A stretch of DNA of 51,922 nucleotides from Candidatus Rokuibacteriota bacterium (GTDB lineage: Bacteria > Methylomirabilota > Methylomirabilia > Rokubacteriales > CSP1-6): the NCBI GenBank assembly GCA_040902295.1, contig JBBDXO010000283.1, positions 1 to 51,922 on the forward strand, given 5' to 3'. Under the pieces are notes generated by a model. The model ran no database searches. It had not been told where the DNA came from and saw only the letters and a list, made by a program, of their open reading frames with translations. Positions 1 to 6,808 of this stretch are shown one piece after another (within the stretch, counting starts at the first letter, position 1; every line of letters begins with the position of its first letter). Both the position numbers and the translations under genes were made by a program.

Positions 1-144
1 ACATCCTGACCACGCGGCGCCTGCACATCCTGACCACGCGGGGCCTGAACATCCTGGCCACGCGGCGCCTGAACATCCTGACCACGGGGCGCCTGCACAT
101 CCTGACCGCGCGGGGCCTGCACGTCCTGGCCACGGGCACCTGCC
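1..144 (-). repeat. Tandem 24-bp repeat, six units (the last is degenerate). It encodes the octapeptide QDVQAPRG on the minus strand.
   Basis: Units read directly at 1-24, 25-48, 49-72, 73-96, 97-120 and 121-144. The array runs off the left window edge. Confidence 0.95.
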
Positions 145-314
145 AGTGAGCGGGGAGCCTGCGGCGTCTGCACGGCAGAGGTGCTGCCCCTCTGCTGGAG
201 CATCTGCTTGGCGCGCGCTATCTCGGGCGGGCAGGAAGCCGTCGTCTGCGCTTCGCTGATCCCGACCGACGCGAGGAATGCCACACTCATGATCGTCGCA
301 AACACTTTCTTCAT
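1..314 (-). CDS. Secreted octapeptide-repeat protein. Only the N-terminal part is in the window; the C-terminus lies beyond the left edge.
   Basis: The ATG is at 314-312, preceded by AAGGGA. My translation is MKKVFATIMSVAFLASVGISEA/QTTASCPPEIARAKQMLQQRGSTSAVQTPQAPRSLAGARG followed by (QDVQAPRG)x5+. The N-terminus looks like a Sec signal peptide. The ORF is missing from the track because it is open at the window edge. Confidence 0.7.
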   Translation of the reverse strand, partial: MKKVFATIMSVAFLASVGISEAQTTASCPPEIARAKQMLQQRGSTSAVQTPQAPRSLAGARGQDVQAPRGQDVQAPRGQDVQAPRGQDVQAPRGQDVQAPRGQD

Positions 315-661
315 CGTGTCCGTATCCCTTTCTGTTTCGATCCGTTTACGGCCGTCGTTGCTCCGTTCCCGTACTGCCCACTGCCTTCGCCCGCCGCGGT
401 CGCCGTCTCCGCTCACCGTCTGCTGTCGGCCCCTGCTGACCACCGGGCCGTTGATAAGGCAAGGGGGATGCCAGGGCACCGACAGATTTTCCGCCTTCAT
501 TTCAAGGCATTTGCGTTCTGATAGACACTGTTGCTGCGGGCGGAGTGCCCGGAGGCGCGGCCGCCACGGGTGCGGCAATGTGCCCGGAGGATCCCCGGCG
601 CAGATCGTTTCTGTTGGTAGGACCGAAAGGCAAGGGTGCGCGTGATAAGATTTTTGCGCTT

Positions 662-1999
662 ATGTTCCTGCTGGCGCATCTGGCACCTGCGCTCCTTCTG
701 ATGATCGTCGCGAGCGCGTGCAGCGTGGTCCGACCCTCGTCATCCCCTCCGGCTGCCGCTCCCGCGCCGGTCCGCGCCCTGCTGTCCAACGGGGTCCCCG
801 TCATCGTGCAGGAGCAGCACGGCAGCGACGTGGTCGCCCTGCAGCTCTGGGTGCGTGTCGGCGCGCGCGACGAGACGAGCTCCGAGCAGGGCCTCGCGCA
901 TTATCTGGAGCACATGCTCTTCAAGGGCACGGCGACGCGGCCGCCGGGGTTCGTCGACCGTGATGTCGAAGGCGTCGGCGGCCGTATCAATGCCGCCACG
1001 TCGTGGGACTACACCTATTACCACGTGCTGCTGCCCGCGACGAGCGCGGTGGCGGGCATCGAGATGCTCGCCGACGTCGCCGTCAACGCCACCCTCGATG
1101 CCGCGCTGCTCGACCAGGAAAAGCAGGTGGTGCTCGAGGAGATGCGGCTCAACGACGACAATCCCGCCCGCGTGCTCTCCCGCCGGCTCTTCTCGGATCT
1201 GTTTCCGGGGCACCCGTACGGCCGCCAGGTGATCGGCACCCCGGAGCTCGTGCGCGGGCTCGCTCGCGAGACGCTGGCGGCCTTCTATCGGCGTCACTAC
1301 GTGCCCGAGTCGTTCGCCCTCGTCGTCGTGGGAGCCGTGCATCCCGACGAGATGGTGGCCACGGCTGGGCGTACCTTCGGTCGCCTGCCGCGTACGGGCT
1401 TGCGCCGGCTCCCCCCGCCCGCGGCGGCGACGCCGCGCTCGCACTCGGACACGCTGGCGCGCCCCGGCGCGTCCGCCTACCTGGGTATGGCCTGGCCGGC
1501 GCCGCGGCTGGCCGCCCCCGACGCGCCGGCCGTGGATCTGCTCGCGACGATCCTGGGCCGCATGCGATCGTCCCGGCTCGTGCAGGCGCTGCGCGAGCGG
1601 ACGCCTCTCGTGTCCACCGTCCGTACCGGGTTTGCCGCGATGGAAGGGGCGGGGGCGATCCTGCTCACCGCCCAGCTGGAGCCGTCAAACCTCGCCGCGG
1701 CCGAGTCGGCGGTCCTCAGCGAGCTGCAGCGGGTGCGGGAGGACGGCGTCACCGAGGCCGAGCGCCGGCGCGCCATCACGCGCGCGGAGGCGGAGCGGGC
1801 TTTCGCGGCGGAGACGGTGGAGGGGCGGGCGGTGATGCTGGGGCGCGGCGAGACGATGTGGACGCTCGCCGACGAGCTCGCGTACGTGCGACGGCTGCGG
1901 GCGGTGACGGCGGAGGAGATCCGGGGCGCCGCGCGCCGTTACCTCGATCCGGAACGCTACGTCCGCCACGCCCTCGTGCCGCCGGGAGCCGCACGCTGA
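662..1999 (+). CDS. M16 (pitrilysin/insulinase) family zinc peptidase, catalytically competent subunit, probably a lipoprotein or exported.
   Basis: The HxxEH zinc motif is present (GLAHYLEHMLFKG). The N-terminus MFLLAHLAPALLLMIVASAC is lipobox-like. The start is ambiguous: in-frame candidates are 545 GTG, 578 ATG, 614 TTG and 662 ATG. Third-position GC drops sharply upstream of 662, which favours 662. Confidence 0.85.
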   Translation: MFLLAHLAPALLLMIVASACSVVRPSSSPPAAAPAPVRALLSNGVPVIVQEQHGSDVVALQLWVRVGARDETSSEQGLAHYLEHMLFKGTATRPPGFVDRDVEGVGGRINAATSWDYTYYHVLLPATSAVAGIEMLADVAVNATLDAALLDQEKQVVLEEMRLNDDNPARVLSRRLFSDLFPGHPYGRQVIGTPELVRGLARETLAAFYRRHYVPESFALVVVGAVHPDEMVATAGRTFGRLPRTGLRRLPPPAAATPRSHSDTLARPGASAYLGMAWPAPRLAAPDAPAVDLLATILGRMRSSRLVQALRERTPLVSTVRTGFAAMEGAGAILLTAQLEPSNLAAAESAVLSELQRVREDGVTEAERRRAITRAEAERAFAAETVEGRAVMLGRGETMWTLADELAYVRRLRAVTAEEIRGAARRYLDPERYVRHALVPPGAAR

Positions 2000-3300
2000 G
2001 CCGCGTCACCGCCGCCGTCGTCGCGCTCGCGTGCGTGTGGCCGGTGGCGGCGGCCGGCGCGTCATCGCCCGCCGTGGCGCGCCACGTGCTGGCAAGCGGC
2101 ATGACGGTGCTGGTACGGGAGGACCCGTCGTCGGAGGTCGTCGCCGTCTCGCTGCAGGCGCGCGGCGGCAGCCTCTTCGAGAAGGCCGCCAACGCCGGCA
2201 TCACCAACCTGCTCGCGCGCGTGATGGTGCGCGGCACCCCGCGCCGCACCGCGCTGCAGATCGCGCAGCGGGTGGAGGATCTCGGTGGAACGCTCGAGGC
2301 CTCCGGTGAGGCGGAGACAGCCGAGATCCGGGGCGCTGCGCTGGCGGTCCACTGGGAGGCGTTGCTGGCGGAGATCGCCGACGTCGCGCTGCGGCCCACG
2401 CTGCCCGCCCACGAGATCGCCACCGAGCGCGCGCTGGTGCTCAGCCAGATCCAGACGCGCGCGGACACGCCCTTTCCCCGTGCCGTGGACGCGGTGATGG
2501 CCGACCTGTATGGCCCTCACCCCTACGCGCTGCACCGCCTCGGCCGTGCCGAGAGCGTGCGCGCCCTGACGCGTGAGGCGCTGCTGGCCCATCACGCGGC
2601 GCTCTATCGGCCGGAGCGCCTCGTGCTTGCGGTGAGCGGTCACGTGCCCTCACGGCGGGTGATGGCAGCCGCCGGACGATTGTTCGGCGAGCTGCGCGCC
2701 GCGGGGCCGCCCCCCGTACCGGCGGTCACGACCCCGGCTCCGCGCACGGAACCGCGCACCCTGGAGGCGCCCGCCGCGCAGGCGCAGGTCCTCGTGGCCT
2801 ATCTCGGTCCCTCCAGCACCGACCCCGACTATGCGGCGGTGCGTGTCCTCGCCGCCGTGCTGGGCGGCGGCATGTCGGGGCGGCTGTTCCGCGAGCTGCG
2901 CGAGCGCCGCGGCCTCGCGTACTCGGTGAGCGCCCTCAGCAGCTACCGCACGGGGCCGGGCTACCTGCTCGCGTATCTCGGCACCGCGCCCGACAACGCC
3001 GCCACGGCGGTGAGCGGGGTGCTCGACGAGATCGCGCGGGTGCGCGCGGAGCCCGCGAGCGAGCGCGAGGTGGCGCGCGCGCGGGCGTACCTGCTGGGCA
3101 ACGTGGCCATGGACCGCCGCACGAACGCGCGCCACGCGTGGTACCTGGCCTTCTTCGAGGTGGTGGGGGCGGGCTGGGACTGGGCGGATCGCTACGTGCG
3201 CGCCCTGCAGGCGGTGACGGTCGACGACGTCGCGCGCGTGGCGGGGCGCTATCTCGGCACGCCCACCGTGGTCGTCCTGCGCCCGGGGGCGGGCTCGTGA
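1996..3300 (+). CDS. M16 family peptidase-like protein, non-catalytic partner subunit, exported.
   Basis: M16 fold-type sequence is present (EVVAVSLQARGGSLFE, GLAYSV), but the HxxEH position reads TNLLA. A signal-peptide-like N-terminus (SRVTAAVVALACVWPVAAAGA/SS) exists only if translation starts at CTG 1996, which overlaps the upstream TGA. The next canonical start is GTG 2035. Confidence 0.78.
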   Translation: MSRVTAAVVALACVWPVAAAGASSPAVARHVLASGMTVLVREDPSSEVVAVSLQARGGSLFEKAANAGITNLLARVMVRGTPRRTALQIAQRVEDLGGTLEASGEAETAEIRGAALAVHWEALLAEIADVALRPTLPAHEIATERALVLSQIQTRADTPFPRAVDAVMADLYGPHPYALHRLGRAESVRALTREALLAHHAALYRPERLVLAVSGHVPSRRVMAAAGRLFGELRAAGPPPVPAVTTPAPRTEPRTLEAPAAQAQVLVAYLGPSSTDPDYAAVRVLAAVLGGGMSGRLFRELRERRGLAYSVSALSSYRTGPGYLLAYLGTAPDNAATAVSGVLDEIARVRAEPASEREVARARAYLLGNVAMDRRTNARHAWYLAFFEVVGAGWDWADRYVRALQAVTVDDVARVAGRYLGTPTVVVLRPGAGS

Positions 3301-4013
3301 TCCCGCTCAAGGACGACATCCCGAGCCGGACGACGCCGTTCGTCACCATGATGCTCATCGCGCTCAATGCGGTCGTGTTCGTCTATCAGATGTCGCTGGC
3401 GCTCGAGTCCGACGCGGGGGCTGCCGGCGCCGCCCAGGCCTTCATCATGGAATTCGGGGCGGTGCCGTGCCGGCTCACGGGCGCGTGTACGGTACCCGGC
3501 CAGTTCCCATCCCCGTTCGTGACGGTCTTCACCTCGATGTTCATGCACGGCGGGCTGTTGCACGCGGGCGGCAACATGCTCTACCTCTGGATCTTCGGCA
3601 ACAACGTGGAGGACACGCTCGGCCACGGCCGCTTCCTGCTCTTCTACCTGCTCTCGGGCCTGGCCGCGGCCCTCGCACAGACGGTCATGAATCCGCACTC
3701 CGCGATTCCGATGATCGGCGCCAGCGGCGCCGTGGCGGGCGTGCTCGGAGCGTACCTGCTCCTGTTTCCCTACGCCACCATCCTCACGCTGGTGACGTTC
3801 GGGTTCTTCTTCCGGTTCATTCACATTCCAGCCGTCGTCGTCCTGGGCTTCTGGATCGTCTTGCAGCTCATCTCTGGTTACCTCACAGCCAGCGCTGCCG
3901 CTCTGGGGCGCGGGGAAGGTGGAGGCGTCGCGTGGTTCGCTCACATCGGCGGGTTTCTGGCAGGCATGGTGCTCGTGTTCCTGATGCGGCCCCGGCAAAG
4001 CGCCCGGCCGTAA
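3297..4013 (+). CDS. Rhomboid family intramembrane serine protease.
   Basis: Motifs HGGLLHAGGNMLYLWIFG, GASGAVAG (GxSG catalytic Ser) and FAHIGGFLAG (catalytic His). There are multiple hydrophobic segments. The GTG start overlaps the upstream stop (GTGA). Confidence 0.85.
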   Translation: MIPLKDDIPSRTTPFVTMMLIALNAVVFVYQMSLALESDAGAAGAAQAFIMEFGAVPCRLTGACTVPGQFPSPFVTVFTSMFMHGGLLHAGGNMLYLWIFGNNVEDTLGHGRFLLFYLLSGLAAALAQTVMNPHSAIPMIGASGAVAGVLGAYLLLFPYATILTLVTFGFFFRFIHIPAVVVLGFWIVLQLISGYLTASAAALGRGEGGGVAWFAHIGGFLAGMVLVFLMRPRQSARP

Positions 4014-4015
4014 GC

Positions 4016-4819
4016 GTGCCCGATGCGCCACCCACCCGGGTGCGCATCGACCGGCTGCTCGTGGACCGCGGGCTCGTGGACAGCCGCGAGAAGGCGGCCC
4101 GGTTCATCATGGCGGGCGAGGTCATGGTGGACGGCCAGCGGATCGACAAGGCGGGCGCGCTGGTGCCGTCCGACGGCGACGTGGAGCTCAAGGGCCGCTC
4201 ACTGTACGTCAGCCGCGGCGGCGAGAAGCTGGCGCACGCGCTCACGCATTTCGGCGTCAAGGTCGAAGGCCGCTACTGCATCGACGTGGGCGCCTCCACG
4301 GGGGGCTTCACCGACTGCCTGCTGCAGAACGGCGCGGTGAAGGTGTACGCGGTGGACGTGGGCACCGCGCAGCTCGACGACAAGCTGCGCAAGGACCGCC
4401 GCGTGGAGGTGATGGAGCAGACGAACGCGCGCTCGCTCGACCCGCGCGTGTTCGGCGATCCGCCGTCGCTCGCGGTGGTGGACGTGGCGTTCATCTCGCT
4501 GGAGAAGGTGCTGCCCGCGATCTTCGGCGTCCTCGCGCCGCGGGGCGAGGTGCTCGCGCTGGTGAAGCCGCAGTTCGAGGTGGGACGCGAGGGCATCGGC
4601 AAGGGCGGGGTGGTGCGCGATCCCGCACAGCACCGCAAGGCCGTGCAGAAGCTGGCCCGGTACGCCGTGATCCGCGGCTGGCACGTCCTCGGCGTGAGCG
4701 CCTCCCCCCTGCGGGGCGCCAAGGGCAATCGCGAGTTCTTCCTGCACCTGTCCGCCCACGGCAAGACGGTGCCGCAGCTCGAATCGCTGATCGACCGCTC
4801 GGTGGAGGCGCTTGCGTGA
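4016..4819 (+). CDS. tlyA: TlyA family rRNA (cytidine-2'-O)-methyltransferase (hemolysin A-like).
   Basis: S4-like N-terminus RIDRLLVDRGLVDSREKAARFIMAGEVMVDG and FtsJ-type SAM motif IDVGASTGGFTDCLL. The conserved tlyA-nadK-recN neighbourhood supports the call. Confidence 0.85.
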   Translation: MPDAPPTRVRIDRLLVDRGLVDSREKAARFIMAGEVMVDGQRIDKAGALVPSDGDVELKGRSLYVSRGGEKLAHALTHFGVKVEGRYCIDVGASTGGFTDCLLQNGAVKVYAVDVGTAQLDDKLRKDRRVEVMEQTNARSLDPRVFGDPPSLAVVDVAFISLEKVLPAIFGVLAPRGEVLALVKPQFEVGREGIGKGGVVRDPAQHRKAVQKLARYAVIRGWHVLGVSASPLRGAKGNREFFLHLSAHGKTVPQLESLIDRSVEALA

Positions 4820-5673
4820 TGCGCGTCGGTCTCGTGGCCAAGCCCGATGCGCGCGAGGCGCCCGCGCTCCTGCTGCGGCTGGTGGAATGGCTCACCAGCC
4901 GCGGGCTGAGCGTCAGCCTCGAAAAAGAGACCGCGGGGCTGGTGCCGGCGGCGCCGGCGGCCGCGGTGCGCAAGTCGGACCTGCCCGGCCAGTCCGACCT
5001 CATCATCGTGCTCGGCGGCGACGGCACGCTGCTGTCCATGGCGCGCGCGGTGGGGGGCCTCGGCGTGCCACTGCTCGGGATCAACCTGGGCGGGCTCGGC
5101 TTTCTCACCGCCACCACGGTCGACGAGGCGGTGGCGGCGGTGGACGACTATCTCGGCGGCCGCATGGCGATCGACGAGCGCATGATGCTCGCCGCCCGCG
5201 TCATGCGCCGCGGGCAGTCGGTGGGCGAGTACGCGGCGCTCAACGACGTGGTCATCACCAAGTCGGCGATGAGCCGCATCATCAACCTGGAAGTGTCCGT
5301 GCAGGGCGAGTACGCCACCGCCTATCGCGCGGACGGCCTCATCATCTCCACGCCCACGGGCTCCACCGCCTACTGTCTGTCCGCGGGCGGGCCCATCCTG
5401 TTCCCCACCATGGATGCGGTGGTGATCGTGCCCATTGCCTCCCACACGCTCACCAACCGGCCCATCGTCCTTCCCGGCCACCAGCGCATCGAGGTCACGC
5501 TCAAGACCGACCAGGACGTGATGCTGACGGTGGACGGCCAGATCGGCGTCAACCTCAACGAGCACGACACCGTCCAGGTCGAGCAGGCGCCCTCGCGCGT
5601 CCGCCTCGTCCGCTTCCCGCGCACCGACTTCTTCTCGGTGCTCCGGACGAAGCTGAAATGGGGCGAGCGGTAG
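4816..5673 (+). CDS. nadK: NAD(+) kinase.
   Basis: Motifs GGDGTLL, NDVVI and ADGLIISTPTGSTAY. The start GTG/ATG at 4816/4819 overlaps the tlyA stop. Confidence 0.9.
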   Translation: MMRVGLVAKPDAREAPALLLRLVEWLTSRGLSVSLEKETAGLVPAAPAAAVRKSDLPGQSDLIIVLGGDGTLLSMARAVGGLGVPLLGINLGGLGFLTATTVDEAVAAVDDYLGGRMAIDERMMLAARVMRRGQSVGEYAALNDVVITKSAMSRIINLEVSVQGEYATAYRADGLIISTPTGSTAYCLSAGGPILFPTMDAVVIVPIASHTLTNRPIVLPGHQRIEVTLKTDQDVMLTVDGQIGVNLNEHDTVQVEQAPSRVRLVRFPRTDFFSVLRTKLKWGER

Positions 5674-5674
5674 C

Positions 5675-6661
5675 TCACTCGATCGCGTCGTCCACCTGGA
5701 GCAGCACGGAGGGGGGAATCGTGAGGCCGATCGCCCGCGCGGTGTTGAGATTGACGGACAGGATGAAGTTGCGCGGCTCCTGCACCGGCATGTCCCCCGG
5801 CTTCGCGCCCTTGAGAATCTTGTCGACGTAGACGGCGAGGCCGCCGTACAGCTCCAACGGGTCGGCGCCGTACCCCATCAGGCCTCCCAATCCGGCGAAC
5901 TGACCGGAATGCGACAGCGCGGGCAGCCGGGCCCTCAGGGCCCGCGCCGCGAGCTCCCGGGTGGCGAGGATCCCCTGGACGTACACACCGTCCACCCGCG
6001 CTCGTATCGCGCTCGCGAGGGCGGCGGGGACCTCCTTCGGGCCGTCCACGATCTCCTCATGCACCTCGAGGCCGAGCCTGCGCGCCGCCGCGTGCGTCTG
6101 CTCGCGGAAGGGCCGGGTGAACGGGTCCGTGCGATGGATCACCAGCCCCAGGCGCGTGGCGCGCGGCAGCAGCTCGCGAAAGAGCGACAGCGCCTTTCCC
6201 GTGATCTGGGCCGATGTGCCGGAGACGCCGGTGATGTTGCCGCCCGGCCGGGCGAGGCTGTCGATCAATCCGGTCCCGACGGGCTCGCCGGCCGCCATCA
6301 CGATGGGAATCGTCGTCGTCGCCTCCTTCGCGGCCCTCACCGCGGGGGTGTCGATGGCCACGATGACGGCGACGTCGAGGCGGACGAGCTCGGCGGCGAG
6401 CCGGGCGAGTCGCTCCGTTCGGCCTTCCGCGTACCGGTACTCGAGGCGGACGGTGCCGCCGGCCACGTGACCGAGCTGCGCCAGCCTGCGCGGCAGCTCA
6501 TCGAAGGCGGGGATCTTCGGCCGGGTCACGAGGATGCCGATGGTGGGCACGTTCTCCTGACCCATCGCGGGCGGGGCAAGCGCGGCCGCCGTCACGAGCC
6601 CCACGGCAAGGCACACCGCGACGGCGACGAAGGGAGCGAGGGAGATGAAGCGCGTCACCAT
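5675..6661 (-). CDS. ABC transporter substrate-binding protein (ABC_sub_bind-type periplasmic solute receptor), orphan.
   Basis: This is the C-terminal 328 codons of the 1880-aa track ORF. It starts at ATG 6661 (MVTRFISLAPFVAVAVCLAVG..., a signal/anchor sequence). Family-typical strings are IGILV, VAVIVAIDTPAVRAAKEATTTIPIVMA and LIDSLARPGGNITG. There is no permease or ATPase nearby. Confidence 0.7.
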   Translation of the reverse strand: MVTRFISLAPFVAVAVCLAVGLVTAAALAPPAMGQENVPTIGILVTRPKIPAFDELPRRLAQLGHVAGGTVRLEYRYAEGRTERLARLAAELVRLDVAVIVAIDTPAVRAAKEATTTIPIVMAAGEPVGTGLIDSLARPGGNITGVSGTSAQITGKALSLFRELLPRATRLGLVIHRTDPFTRPFREQTHAAARRLGLEVHEEIVDGPKEVPAALASAIRARVDGVYVQGILATRELAARALRARLPALSHSGQFAGLGGLMGYGADPLELYGGLAVYVDKILKGAKPGDMPVQEPRNFILSVNLNTARAIGLTIPPSVLLQVDDAIE

Positions 6662-6808
6662 GCGGCCATGTGTTGGACCCGCGGCGGTCTCGGGTCTCGG
6701 GTGGGAATGTGGCCCACGAGGGCCTGCCAAGTCAAGGCGCCTTCTACGGCGCTGTACCCGGCGCGATACCGCTTGATCGCCGTCCTGTGAGCGGCATAGC
6801 ATCACCCC

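Noticed and set aside
1-144. The regular 24-bp repeat could be mistaken for a CRISPR array or a non-coding satellite.
   Set aside because: The units are directly adjacent with no spacers, they are in frame with an upstream ATG and signal peptide, and they vary only at synonymous positions. This is a coding repeat.
468-521. A 17-codon mini-ORF (MPGHRQIFRLHFKAFAF) with TAAGG 8 nt upstream. It is Phe/His-rich like an attenuator leader peptide.
   Set aside because: It is too short to support from sequence alone, has no obvious terminator/antiterminator structure downstream, and the M16 operon is not an amino-acid biosynthesis operon.
181-645. A 154-aa + strand ORF across the first intergenic region.
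   Set aside because: Its 5' part is antisense to the signal-peptide region of the minus-strand repeat protein, and the remainder crosses AT-richer non-coding sequence. It has no motifs and its codon usage is atypical.
1003-1995. Long N-terminal extensions of track ORFs (for example 1003-3300, 3467-4819, 16986-18548, 21526-23535, 25073-27373, 32793-34619, 38227-40341, 39459-41432, 40370-42418, 41983-43545, 43266-44657, 43928-45790 and 46900-48498).
   Set aside because: The extensions overlap the preceding gene in another frame and translate to Arg/Gly/Ala/Pro-rich low-complexity sequence. In each case the recognisable homologous N-terminus begins at a start codon overlapping or just after the upstream stop.
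6786-6801. TGTGAGCGGCATAGCA upstream of recN resembles the E. coli lac operator core TGTGAGCGGATAACA.
   Set aside because: The 9-nt match is followed by an indel, no LacI-family gene is nearby, and it is most likely coincidence. The inverted repeat it belongs to is reported separately at low interest.
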